DNA from: Octopus vulgaris
Taxonomy: Eukaryota
Assembly (NCBI GenBank): GCA_951406725.2
Contig: OX597818.1
Span: 22,754,001 to 22,818,000, forward strand
Length of the DNA stretch: 64,000 bases
Direction: 5' to 3'
Under the pieces are notes generated by a model. The model was not told the DNA's origin, did no database searches, and was given only the letters and a program-made list of their open reading frames with translations. This document shows, piece after piece, positions 24,889 to 38,809 of the stretch (positions are counted from its first letter, which is position 1; every line of letters starts with the position of its first letter). The translations under genes and the position numbers were made by a program.

Positions 24889-25139
24889 CATATACTATTC
24901 ATTGTACTTAAGCTCCAGCTTCGTTCTTCCTCTTTGATAAGTTGCTCATCTGATTTTATTGATGCATCTACACACATGCACTGACACAGATATACAACCT
25001 TCTTGCATATTTATACAATCATACCCGTGCACACACGCTCACACAGATATTCAGTAACATATAACGTTAAGCACTAACAAAACACCATACGTCTAGACAC
25101 AAACGTACATACAAGAACGCATAGACACTGACAGATACG

Positions 25140-25339
25140 CACACTCTCACATACACACACACAGTTACTTTTTCTCTCATTTTTTCTCATCGTTCCCCTC
25201 AATAAACATCTCTCATTTTACACACATACACACGCAAACACACATACACACGCAAACACACACTCATACACATACACACACAGTTACTTTTTCTCTCATT
25301 TCTTTCTCATCGTCGTTTCTCAATAAACGTCTCTCATTT

Positions 25340-25345
<6 letters not shown>
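25140..25345. repeat. Local tandem duplication, ~120-bp unit
   Basis: CAGTTACTTTTTCTCTCATT..CAATAAAC.TCTCTCATTTTA occurs twice. Confidence 0.8.
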
Positions 25346-25376
<31 letters not shown>

Positions 25377-25901
25377 AACGCTTTTCTTTTCCTTCTCTGT
25401 CCCCATTCCTACATACACATGTTAGTCTTTCTTTCCTTCTCTTTTTACACCCTTCCTTCTATTACACTCTTCTCTTTATCTTTCTTTTATACACACTCCG
25501 CCACCCCCTCCTCATTTCAGTTCTCCCCGCCATCACCATCTCTTTCTATTTGTCTTATTTTCCTTTCGTTTTCCTCTTTTATCCTCTCCCTCACTCTTCC
25601 TTCTCTCCTCTTTTCTCTCCTCTCATTCTTTCCTTCTCTATTTAGCGATCTCTTGCTTCCTCTTCACTGTCTGCTTGTCTCTCTTTCATTTTCCACCTCA
25701 CCCATCTCTCGTCACTTTTCTTCCTCTTAGAATTACTTTGTCTCCCCCTTTTCCCCCTCTTTTTCTTTTTCTCTTTCTCTCCTCACTCTTCTCTCTTATC
25801 TGCATATCTCATTTTCCAGCCTCCCGGTTTCAAATCGCGCTATCTCCCTGATTGTCTATCTAGCATTCTCTTTAATTATCTGTTCAGATGATTTCAATGT
25901 G

Positions 25902-25947
<46 letters not shown>

Positions 25948-26093
25948 CAGCATTTGATGTAAACATATATATACACTGCATAATTTCGCATGAACCAACG
26001 ATGGAGCGGTTATTCAACATGTAAAAATAGCAACTTATTCTCTTTCAAATAACATCCTATAAAGGACAATTTATATATTGTAGTAGTACAGAC

Positions 26094-26164
<71 letters not shown>

Positions 26165-26410
26165 TACGGGATGGTCACAGCTGGAACACCTTTGATCATA
26201 AGACGACTTAAATTCAAAATCCCACCGAGGCACCTCATGCTTTTAGAATCAATAAAAGAAAGCAGTAGTCCCGGACTGGCGTTAATTTAATATTCCTTTA
26301 ATGAATCCTTGATGTGAATAAAATTATTATAACACTCGTTCAGGGTTGGTATAACGGAGAAACAATTTACACTTTTTCACTCCTTGAAATTAATTTTTTT
26401 GTTTTACACA

Positions 26411-26462
<52 letters not shown>

Positions 26463-26474
26463 CACACACACCCT

Positions 26475-26891
26475 GGATCTTTTCGGTTTGACCGGCAGTT
26501 TTTAACATAATTTCTAGGTAACTAAACAATTTTAAACTTCGTATACTGGTAGAATGTGTTTATAAAACATCTTTTTCTCTTGGCTTTATTGAGAAAATTC
26601 TACAGTTTGTAAGATATTTGTTGTTGTTTTTTCTTCAATTTCTGTAATTTCAACCAATCAATGAAGTCTATTGAAGTGAAAACATTCTGTGCCGTATGAA
26701 TATGTCCCTCGTTTAAGAAACAGATTGGGTTTATTTACATTTGTGAAGAAAAAAAGATACCCTTCCCCCCACCCCTAACCCTAACCCTAAAACAGATTGA
26801 AATGCAATAGATCGATACTAGGGTCATAATTATGGGTGACAATTTCATATGACACCGCTAGAAAAAACTGCCGTTCAAACCGAAAAGATCT
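26475..26891 (-). mobile_element. MITE with GG termini and 8-bp TSD (Merlin-like), carries CCCTAA repeats
   Basis: TIR GGATCTTTTCGGTTTGA.CGGCAGTTTT; TSD cacaccct at 26467-26474 and 26892-26899. Confidence 0.9.
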
Positions 26892-27077
26892 CACACCCTC
26901 TCTCTCTCTCTTTTCTTGCACTTTCTCTCGAGCCAATACTCTTATCATCACCCTCTCACCTATCTTCTCTCTCCCTCTTTCATTATATCTATTTTCTCTC
27001 TGTCGAAATGCCAATCAATCAATCAATCAATCTATCTATATTTTTACATATACATGCACACATACGTTACATTATAA

Positions 27078-27228
27078 GCCCAAGCGTGGCTGTGTGGTAA
27101 GAAGTTTGCTTCCCAACCACATGGTTCCGGGTTCAGTCCCATTGCGCAGCATCTTGGGCAATTGTCTTCTACTATAACCTCGGGCCTTGCAAGTGGAGTT
27201 GGTAGACGGAAACTGACAGAAGCTTGTC

Positions 27229-27265
<37 letters not shown>

Positions 27266-27519
27266 ATATATATATATATGTAATATATATGTATGTGTGT
27301 TGTGTGTGTCTTTGTGCCTGTGTTTGTCCTACCGATCCCACAATCGGTTGACAACCGATGTTGGTGTGTTTACGTCCCTGTAACTTTGCGGTTCGGCAAC
27401 ATAGACCGATAGAAGTACTAGGCTTACAAAGAATAAGTCCTGTGCTCGATTTCTTCCACTAAATGGCGGTGCTCCAGCATGGCCGCAGTCAAATGACTGA
27501 AACAAGTAAAAGAATAAAA
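27078..27519 (+). mobile_element. SINE family B, full length
   Basis: Collinear with 13746-14200. Confidence 0.85.
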
Positions 27520-27521
27520 TA

Positions 27522-27714
27522 CAAGGGGTGGTTACTGAGAAGTTCCTGGATCAGTTAATTATGATTTTTTTCAACATATTCCCCTCTCAAATTCACACAC
27601 TTATTGCAACGGCCCTGTAAAAAAAGCCCTGTAAAAAAACACTCGGAAGATTGGAGCTTCCGGGCAGGCCTTTCTCGAGAGCCTTAAAGCCAGGAACTTT
27701 TCAGCACCCCTTCA
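27522..27714 (-). mobile_element. Mariner MITE copy, diverged
   Basis: TTCAACATATTCCCCTCTC and AAAGCCAGGAACTTTTCAGCACCCC match 9011-9224. Confidence 0.7.
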
Positions 27715-28211
27715 CATCCTCTCTCTATTTCTATCAAAATTTTCTATCTGCTGTTCCTTACCAGTTTTTATCTTGCTACCGCTATCTCACACCACTGCCT
27801 CTCTCCCTCAAGTTCGCTATATTGTTTTTCACAATACTCTTTTTATCCATGTCTCTTAATTTAGCTCTAAAACTCTTTCCGAATTCGTTCTCAATATATT
27901 ACTGCATCCAATTGATGACTTGTATCATTCACTTTCCTTCTATCAAATATTAAACTTTCCCGCTTTCTCTTTCAACGCGTTTTATGAAATGATCTCCCAC
28001 TCAGTCTCTCTTTCTCTCTCTGTGCCTTTCTCTCTCCTGCCTTTCTCTCTTCCTATGCTCTTCTGTTTCTCTTGATCACACACACGTGTGTGTGTGTGTG
28101 TGTGTGTGTATACATATAGATGAGTGTGTGTGTGTATAAATATGTATAATATATATCATTTGTTCTGCTTGTCTGTCTTTAATTCGTTCTCGTGTAAATT
28201 TCAACATGTCC

Positions 28212-28366
<155 letters not shown>

Positions 28367-28712
28367 TGTCTGCACTCACGTCTGTTTTATCTCTTTATTA
28401 CTCTCTATCAAATACTTTGCTTTTTCCATCTCTGACTCTCCCTCTAAACATTTTTCTCCGTCAATCTCTATTTATTTGCCTGTCTGCCCGATGACACTCT
28501 GTCTTTCTCTTCCCTTGTAACTGCACCCGCTACTCTCTCAGTCGTTCTGTACTTTCTCTGCTTAGCTATTTCATGTCTTTAATCTTTTCCAACCATCGAT
28601 TGCTTTCATCTTGTAAGCAGCACCCACCCAGACACAACCTCCTCTCTACCTCTCCCTTGCTCTCCACTTTTATCCTCCTCTTGTATTTTATTTACTTCTT
28701 TTTCTCTCCCTC

Positions 28713-28752
<40 letters not shown>

Positions 28753-28754
28753 CT

Positions 28755-28788
<34 letters not shown>

Positions 28789-29528
28789 GAATATCTGGAT
28801 GTAGATATGGACTTATATGTATATATCATATATATTATATATATAACATAATATATATAATATATACATATAAGTCCATATCTATATCCAGACATTCATT
28901 ATATATATATAATATATACATATATATATATATAATACATATATGTTATATGCACACAATCTGTGTAGATACAGTCACACCTATAAAAACATGTACACAC
29001 ACACACAAACATACATGCATACATATACAATATGTAAACTGAAAACATTTTTTAGCTATACACATACGCACACATGAATACAATGCATTTAAAACAAATA
29101 TATTCATATTTATTCCTGCATCATTACATATGTATACATACATATGTATGTATGTATGTATGAATGTATGTATGTATGTATGTATGTATGTATGTATGTA
29201 TGTATGTATGTATGTATGTATGTACGTATATATATATACACGTATATACATATATACACACATTTATATGTTCAATATTTATATAAATGTATATCTGGGT
29301 ATACATATACGTGTGTGTGTGTGTGTGTATATATATATACACACACTCATATACAACTATGTCTAGGCGTGTGTGTACATATGTATATGCATGTACAAAT
29401 GTGTGAATATATGTATGTGTGTGTGTGTGTGTGTGTAGTTATGTTCTATCTTGGTTTATTCCCGTTGTTCCGTTGTTTCCTATTCACAAACTCGTTACTC
29501 ATGTCTGTCAATCAGCTTCCATAGGTGC

Positions 29529-29965
<437 letters not shown>

Positions 29966-30089
29966 TTTTTTACCGTCTCTTTCTCTCTCTATCTTCCTCA
30001 GTATCTTTCTCTGATAAGTCTTTAGTCCTTCAACTTGATGTTCCATTTATTTACGTCTGTCAATTCAATGTTTCAACATTACCCCGATA

Positions 30090-30427
30090 TCATCAATATC
30101 ACCATCAGCATCACCATCATTAGCGACACCATCATAATGTCATTACCTTCATCACCGCCTTTACCATCGTGACTATGAGCGCCATCACTGCCACCACCTC
30201 TATCATTTTACTATCATGGACATCACCATCATCACCACCAGCACTACCACTATCATAAACATTATAGGCTTCACCACTACCACCATCTATGACCATCGTA
30301 ACTATTACCATCATCATCATCACCACTTTCATAACCGCCCTCATCATCATCGACATCGTCACAAAACACAAATCACCACCACAAACACCATCACCACCAC
30401 CGCCGCGACCGCCGCGACCGCCACCCT

Positions 30428-30474
<47 letters not shown>

Positions 30475-30556
30475 TATCATCATCTTCATCATCATCGTTA
30501 TCATCATCGTCATCGTCATCGTCATCATCATCATCATCATCATCATTGTCATCATC

Positions 30557-30604
<48 letters not shown>

Positions 30605-30775
30605 GTCTTCATCATCATCATCGTCTTCATCATCATCATCATCATCTTCATCATCATCATCGTCTTCATCGTCATCATCATCGTCATCGTCATCGTCATC
30701 ATCATCATCACCGTCTTCATCATCATCATCGTCTTCATCATCATCATCATCATCATCGTCGTCTTCGTCGTCATT
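30090..30775. repeat. (CAT)n-derived trinucleotide region with (CAC)n-like decayed flank
   Basis: Directly visible; accounts for the poly-His/Ser/Met ORFs. Confidence 0.9.
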
Positions 30776-31101
30776 TTGTTGTTTTCTTTGTTGTCGCGCC
30801 TCTTTCCACTCCTTCCTCCCGTTTCTTCCTCTTACACTTTACTTTTAGTCTTGTTGTTATAGCTGTTATAAGTTTCCATATTTCTTTTCATATTTAATAC
30901 GTTGGAGGCGCACGCGCACTCCACCGTTTCTTCCTTTCATCTTTGTTCTTTGCCGACATTTTACTGTTTGTTGTAGTGTTGCTTATTATAATTTCGTATT
31001 CTCCATAATCCTCTTGTTTCCTATGTTTTTCTAAACTAAAACATCACATTACTACTACTGCTACAGCTGCTACTACCACCACCACCACCACCACCACCAC
31101 A

Positions 31102-31187
<86 letters not shown>

Positions 31188-31289
31188 CACCACCACCACC
31201 ACAACACTCCTCCTCCTCCTCCTCCTCCTCCTCCTACTACTACTACTACCACCACCACCACCACCACCACCACTACCACCGCCACCTCA

Positions 31290-31787
31290 ATAGGGAGGAG
31301 ACGTTCGAGGAAAAACCCCATAACCACCCCACCCTGGATAACCTGTCTTTTGAGGCAGGTGCCTTTTTTCCTTTCCTTGTTTTCCAACTCTGGGCAGCCC
31401 ATTCACTTGCACCATTATCGCAACTTTCATCCACCTTTCAGTAAACTGGCTAGAAGACAACACTTCCTCCCTCTCTACTCTTATTTTCCTTTACAAGCGA
31501 AACTTGAAAAAGTTCACCAGAGATTGGTCAAAGAGAAAAGTATTTGTCTTCAACCCCTTCAATCTCGTCCACAATACAATCTGTTTCGCCAAGGCCGCCA
31601 GGCATATAAAAACAGCCTTTCCATCCCGATTAAAGGAAGGCGGCGGGGCGATCTTCACGATGGATTCAGTTGACAGCCAGATCCGTTCCACACACGACAG
31701 CAATGCTCGGGCACTGGACGAGTGTATAGAAAACCGTCTCGTCGTCCTGCACACATCTTGGACATGCTCGGCAAGAATCAATTCCAT
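31290..31787 (-). mobile_element. Tx1/L1-clade LINE ORF2 3' remnant
   Basis: Minus-strand CPRCVQDDETVFYTLVQCP Zn-knuckle relic, then LAKQIVLWTR and KIRVER..F.ERW. Confidence 0.7.
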
Positions 31788-31944
31788 GTAGTCACAATAG
31801 AAGTTGCTGGAAAAAGTAGGTGGGATTGGCTGATGAAAGGAAGCTTAAAAAAAGAAACCGAGGTGTAAATATTATGTGTTTTTTTTCCTTATAAAATCCA
31901 CGGATCGAGGTTAAGCGAGACTTTCCAGGCTGGCGGCCATAATA

Positions 31945-32159
31945 ATGATTTCAAATGTTTCCACAAGGGCAGCTTAGGGGGGAGGAGATTAAGTCGATTA
32001 CATCGACCTCAGTGCGTAACTGGTACTTATTTAATAGATTCCGAAGGGATAAAAAGCAAAGTCGACCTCGGCGAAATTTGAACTCAGAACGTAGTGACGG
32101 GTGAAATACAGCTAAGCATTTTTTCCAGCGTGCTAACGATTCTACTAGCTTGCCGCCTT
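31945..32159 (-). mobile_element. SINE family A
   Basis: Reverse complement of 575-745. Confidence 0.82.
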
Positions 32160-32183
32160 AATAATAATAATAATAATAATAAT

Positions 32184-32219
<36 letters not shown>

Positions 32220-32243
32220 AATAATAATAATAATAATAATAAT

Positions 32244-33110
32244 GTACAAAAAGGACATGAAAAAGAATTACGCAAGAAGGGACTACACAATCAATTCCAT
32301 GTAGCAACAATAGAAGTTGCTGGAAAAAGTAGGTGGGATTGGCTGGTGATAGGAAGCTTAAAAAAAAGAAACCGAAAGCACTGTACTGGCAGCACAAGAC
32401 CAAGCTTTGACCACGAACTGGAGGGTCAACCTTAGGAATGAGAAAGTGTATCCGTTGTACCGCATCTGCAATAGAGTGACGAAACCATTGCCCATATGAC
32501 GAATGAATGCCTTAGTCTTTCCCAAAACCACTACAAGTTGTGGCGACACGATAAGGTAGCGAAAGTGCTACATTGGAAACTGTGCGAAAAGTGGGGGCTA
32601 GAGAGAGGCAAGACGTAGTATGAGCACAAACCGCAGAGAGTGGTTGACTAGCAAAATCCTCTGGGATTTCCCAATCCAAACGGATCAGATTCTAGAGCAT
32701 AACAGACCGGACATAGTGGTGGTGGACAAGGTGCACCAAATATACTATATAGTTGACGTTGCATGCCCCTTTGACCCACGAAGAGTCAAAAAGGAAGACA
32801 AAAGAATAGATAGATACAAACCTCTTAAGTACGAAATAGCCCGGCTATGGAATATGAAAGGGAAGATAGTGCCAATCAGTGTTGGGTCCTTGGAGACAGT
32901 ATCAGAAGGCATCAAAAGGAATATAAAGAAAATTGGAATAGAGTGCCCAGCAGAACTATGAAAAAGGGTTTGCATCAAGGGCACGGCCAGAATAATCAGG
33001 AAAATATTACATAATTGAAAAGAACAGGTAGTATGGTACCGAAGGCTGCGGGCAGCAAACCTGCTACGCATGCAAGACTCCAGGAGCTTCAACAAAACCT
33101 GTGATAAAAA
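32244..33110 (+). pseudogene. 5'-truncated R4/Dong-like non-LTR retrotransposon with RLE endonuclease
   Basis: GLHNQF, WL..GSLKK, AQDQAL, RHDKVAKVLHWKLC, KILWDFPIQTD..HNRPDIVVVD..IVDVACP..K..RY; frameshifts and stops. Confidence 0.88.
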
Positions 33111-33124
33111 AAAAAAATAATAAT

Positions 33125-33320
33125 TGTTTCACATTTTGGCACAAGGCCAGCAATTTCCGGGATAAGTCGATTGCATCGACCCCCAGCGTTCAGTTGGTTT
33201 TTATCGACCCTGAAAGGACGAAAGGCAAAGTCGCATTCGGCGAAATTTGAATTCAGGACGTAAAGACGGATCGCTGAATATATTGTCCGCCGTGCTTACG
33301 ATTCTACCAGCTCGCCATGG
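33125..33320 (-). mobile_element. SINE family A
   Basis: Family A core and head, inverted. Confidence 0.75.
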
Positions 33321-34368
33321 CTGACAACAAGTGCATCTCTGATTACGAGAAAAAGTAGTAGGGGAGCACCATAGCCATTTGTTGAGAGGAATTCTTTGGG
33401 ATTTAAATATTTTACCTCTGGAAACATGGGTGTTTCGTTCATCATCCTTAAAAAAAAAACTTAGAGACCTTTTGAGCGGGATGGGCTACTTGACCTGAAG
33501 AAATTTCTAACTGGGCTGTTTATCTTGAGATGAGATGACCATGTCACGCACATATGGTTATGATTCATGTGCCTCGTGTTCACTTATGTGACGGGTAGTC
33601 ATGATGGGTATATTGGCCATCGCATATTTGTACCCCAGCGTCACTTTGATGGCATGTGCTGCTTTGTCACTCAATAATAATAATAAATGCCTCCTATTAT
33701 TACTTGTTCCGATCCATAGCTCCTTTCCTACGCTCGCAAAGCTTCATCATCCAAATAGAAGTGGAAGTTTCAGAGAAGGAGTTCTTCGCTTTGAAAGACA
33801 AGAACTGGTATATGGATGGGATCAAAGAACAGATAGAAAGGTTGGCTTCAGATGTTACCTCTTCCTCGAATACTAGGCTGTGTTCGTTGTATCATGGCCA
33901 ATAAAGCAAAAAAGTTGCCAAAATATTGCAAAAACTTTGACTCGACACGATATATTTAATAAAATTTAAAGCTGATAATTTAATCCGTCCCTACTCTGAG
34001 TTTCCCACATTTATGCGAGCGTTCGGCGACAGAAGAAATCATCTGCTTCAAACGTACTATTTCCTTCCTTTGTACACACGCGGGGATAGAAAAAACATAA
34101 AAACACATAGTATAGACTGGCGAAAACATCTCTAAATATAATGAAGGTTGTTATAAGGAATCACTTCGGTCATAGGATTAACACCTCTCACTTGCTATCC
34201 CTTCATATTCTGGAAATCCAGTTGTAAACATCATACAATTATATCCGTGTAAATGTGAAGTTATTTATGCGTTGAAAATTTTTATATGCGTATGTGTACA
34301 TGAATGTGTATGTCAATGTTTAGCCAAGTATGTGTATGCATATTACATATTCGTAGGTATTTTAATAC

Positions 34369-34508
<140 letters not shown>

Positions 34509-34763
34509 GCCTGCCTGTCTATATAAGTGTACGCGTTGTGTGTGTGTATGTCCAAGCATGTGTATACGACTACGTGTATGTAAATGTATGTGTGAACCAT
34601 TTCTCGATGTCTTTGTGTGGGTCTTCATTAGAGGAACTACAAATAACTTTGAAGTTGTTGTGTAAATATTTAGATACGTTCAGATGTTCACTTACACACA
34701 TGCACAAACGCATGCGCATAAATATACACAGACACTCAGATACACACTAACATACTTCCTTAC

Positions 34764-34869
<106 letters not shown>

Positions 34870-36185
34870 ATAGAAGGCTAGTTATGAGCTAATAAGTCAC
34901 TCACAATTAAATGAATGAGAAGGGGGAAGACATGGAGAATAATATTATATATTGCATTAATGTAGAATAAAAATTTATTCGTTACAGATGGCTATGTGCT
35001 TTGCTTTGTAAGAGCTTTGAAATATCATCTCGCAAAAATAATGAAAATATCTATATTCATAAACATTCATAGCAGCAAATGCAATAAGTATGAATAGAAA
35101 TTCATATTCGGAGTAATAATACGTTTGTATATAATGAACCAAAAGGAACTGGTATTGGAAAATAAGGATATTAACTTCGTCTTCTCATTCCCTTCCACAC
35201 ACCACCACATTTTCATAACGGATGTATAACACAAATTGTTGAATATTTTATGAAAGTGAAGCTGATTTTTAAAAATAATGATTTTCTTTTTGCAGTTTCG
35301 TGAATTAATCTGACTGCAATTTGTTTTCAACTATAATAATACAGATTATGATAATACACAAGATTAATTCAGGTCAAAGTAGCACAAAGTTTATTTACTT
35401 TTAGTAATGCTAATGCCGAATTAGTAGGTTCAGTATAGTAGCATGCTGCACTGGGATAATAATAACCATATGCAACACAACGAACTTGCACTGAGCTGCA
35501 ATTTTTGCTGATGTTTCAATGATATGTGATCTTGGGATTTGGTGGTGACATTTCGTGATGTTAAAACAAACACTTTTGGACATTCACAAGGCTAAAGACA
35601 AACTCACTGCATTTTCTTTGAGACATAATTTTGATGTAAATTCTAAATCATCTGCCGGTGCAAAGAAAGCGTGTGAGAACTGCAAAAGATATCGTCGAGG
35701 TAGAAATGCAAGAGTTTATCCATCAACGATCGTGTAGTAACAACGTCCGTCCGTCCGTAACGTAAGTAAAGAAACAGTGCTGTGACCAAGCTTGCAAGGC
35801 ATGTGGAAATCAAGAATTTCGAAGCTAACGACGGGTGGTTATGACGATTTAGAAATCGTCGTGGGGTGAGTAATAAGACTTTCAATAAAAAAGCAAACAG
35901 TATATCAACTAAAGAAATAGAACCATCCAGGAAGAAGTTATATGACTTGATTAAGTGCAAAAATAAAACCCTCCTTATTTCTCAACAGTTGGATGAAACT
36001 GGATTATAATGGTGCTAACTAACTAGTCCGGAATGCACAAGATTCTAAGAATGAATCCTCCACACTGTCATAGATATAGAAAGATTTTCAATCTTGTGAT
36101 TGCAGACTGAAGTTAGTGGTGGGGATATCAGCATGTCCGCACGAATTTAAAAAGCCATAATGCACCAGCTACTAGTACATTATTG

Positions 36186-36601
36186 GGATTTTTTCGGTTT
36201 GAACGGCAGTTTTTTCTAGCGGTGTCATATGAAATTGTCACCTATAATTATGACCCAAGAATTGATCTATTGCATTTCAACCTGGGTTAGGGTTAGGGGT
36301 GGGGGGAAGGGTATCTTTTTTTCTTCAGAAATGTAAATAAACCCAATCTGTTTCTTAAACGAGGGACATATTCATACGGCACAGAATGTTTTTTTTACCT
36401 CAATAGACGTCAGTGATTGGTTGAAATTGCAGAAATTGAAGAAAAAAAAAACAACAAATATCTTACAAACCATAAAATTTTCTCAATAAAGCCAAGAGAA
36501 AAAGATGTTTTATAAACACATTCTACCAGTATACGAAGTTAAAAATTTTTTTAGTTACCTAGAAATTATGTTAGAAACTGCCGTTCAAACCGAAAAGATT
36601 C
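36186..36601 (+). mobile_element. Merlin-like MITE, copy 2
   Basis: Same TIRs; TSD cattattg at 36178-36185 and 36602-36609. Confidence 0.9.
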
Positions 36602-37134
36602 CATTATTGCTATTCCAAGAAATTATAGTTCATCACGCAAATCTTTAAGGACTGGCTTCTCTTGTATTTTATTCCTACAGAGTATAAAATATCAGGAAGG
36701 TTTTTAACTAATGAGGAGAAAGCGCTACAACTTTGGACAATGTACATGTTTACTCAGGTGGCCGTCTGCTTGTCAGTAACGATGGTAACATGAGGTTATG
36801 TTCTTGACATGAGTACGGGGATGAAATTTGCTTAGGGGGTGCAAACCCAGTTTTTCAGGAGGATATTCAAAGTGTTTTCACTGCTCCACCCCAAGTTTAG
36901 GAGGTGCGCTTGCACTCCCTGCAACCCCTGTTCCGAGCCTATGGTTCTTGACACTCAGTGTTACCTCCACGACCTGGCAGATAGATTAAAATATAATGGT
37001 AGACGGCAAAATAGAATATCTAATATATGAATGCTGTTAGCGTGGAGATAGAAATGGAAAGTATTAGGGAAGACACATAAACACATTGAACTCTCAGTAG
37101 CACCAAGAACTATTTACCCCAAGTCTGTAATATT

Positions 37135-37495
37135 GCTTTCAAATTTTGGCATAAAGCCATCAGTTTCGAGGGAAGGATAAATCGATTACATCTATGCCAG
37201 TATCCAACTGATACTTATTTTATCGACCCCGAACTTTCTGCCAGCTCGCCGCTAGGAGAAATACCTATTTCTTTACTACCCACAAGGGGCTAAACACAGA
37301 GGGAACAAACAAGGACAGACAAACGGATTAAGTCGATTACATCGACCCCAGTGCGTAACTGGTACTTAATTTATCGACCCCGAAAGGATGAAAGGCAAAG
37401 TCGATCTCGGCGGAATTTGAACTCAGAACGTAGCGGCAGACGAAATACCGCTAAGCGTTTTCTCGGTGTACTAACGATTTTGCCAGCTTACTGTC
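37135..37495 (-). mobile_element. Two adjacent SINE family A copies (one deleted, one full length ~37260-37495)
   Basis: Reverse complement of 575-810. Confidence 0.82.
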
Positions 37496-37839
37496 TTCCG
37501 AGTCTGTAATATTGAAATTTAAATTTACAGTCTTGTGGAAGGCACTGAAGACTACAACTTTAGCAAATAAATGAAAAAGAAATTCTCTACGGTGTAGAGA
37601 TAGAATAGGGCTGGTGTTATAGAAAAGGACATCAGGCGCTAGTTAGAAGATAGAGAGGCGGACACTGGTTACCAAGTGCTAGTAGAAGAAATACAAGATG
37701 ATGTTCTCTTCACTGATAGAAGATTTTGAGAAGCTGATGAAATCGGACAAACCATTACTTGAGAAAGCCAAACTCACGATTATAAGAGAATTTCTTGATA
37801 ATGTCATATCGTACAATAACTTGGCACACCCCCACACAA

Positions 37840-37911
37840 CTGATGCTGTAGACTCTACAGCATCAGATACTATATTATTACTCTACAGTGTAGAGTAATA
37901 ATATAGTATCT
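37840..37911. repeat. Two abutting perfect palindromes (13-bp and 23-bp arms, 1-nt spacers)
   Basis: ctgatgctgtaga-c-tctacagcatcag and agatactatattattactctaca-g-tgtagagtaataatatagtatct. Confidence 0.95.
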
Positions 37912-38355
37912 CTCCGACTTTCAATGGAACTTTTTAATCCGGAATCAATAGCAACAATGTACTGTATTATACTATACACTGTTCAGCATATAGTGTACTT
38001 ATGTTTAATATTGTTATATGTAAACAGCATTAAGTCCTATCGTCAGTAAGTTGGCTGAAACGGGCACCCTGCTCCTAATTAGTATGCTTCAATAACGGTT
38101 GTCTGAATATATGTATATATGTAAACACGTGCGCACGCGCGCACACACATGTCAGTGGAAATTGATCCGTTCAGTGCGCAATATATTGTTTAGAATGCAG
38201 CTCTTAGTAATCACTTTAAACTCCCTCCGTCGCGTGATCCCATAGGGTCGTATGCGGTCTGTGAAAGGCTATAACGTAATATAAAGGGGCACATCAATGA
38301 TGAAAATGCAGTGAACGACCGTACGTAAAGGAGTTGGTGACAGAAATGTCTCCTT

Positions 38356-38800
38356 GGATCTTTTCGGTTTGACCGGCAGTTTTTTCTAGCGGTGTCATAT
38401 GAAATTGTCACCCATAATTATGACCCTAGTATCGATCTACTGCATTTCAATCTGTTTTAGGGTTAGGGTTAGTTAGGATTAGTTAGGGTTAGGGTTAGGG
38501 GTGGGGGGAAGGGTATCTTTTTTTCTTCAGAAATGTAAATAAACCCAATCTATTTCTTAAACGAGAGACATATTCATACGGCACAGAATGTTTTCGCCTC
38601 AATAGACGTCATTGATTGGCTGAAATTGCAGGAATTGAAAGAAAAAACAACAACAAATATCTTACAAACTATAGAATTTTCTCAATAATGCTAAGAGAAA
38701 AAGATGTTTTATAAACACATTCTACCAGTATACGAAGTTTAAAAGTGTTTAGTTACGTGGAAATTATTTTAAAAAACTGCCTTTCAAACCGAAAAGATCC
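38356..38800 (+). mobile_element. Merlin-like MITE, copy 3, with expanded TTAGGG tract
   Basis: Same TIRs; TSD gtctcctt at 38348-38355 and 38801-38808. Confidence 0.92.
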
Positions 38801-38809
38801 GTCTCCTTT

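Larger units (their letters stand above)
35550..37800 (+). mobile_element. Decayed pogo/Tigger transposase interrupted by a MITE and SINEs
   Basis: FEANDGWL*RFRNRRG (CENP-B HTH-like), DETGL*W, FKDWL..FIP and LDN motifs in order. Confidence 0.65.

Noticed and set aside
38456-38502. TTAGGG repeats as a telomere or chromosome fusion site
   Set aside because: Internal part of a TSD-bounded MITE present three times in the window.
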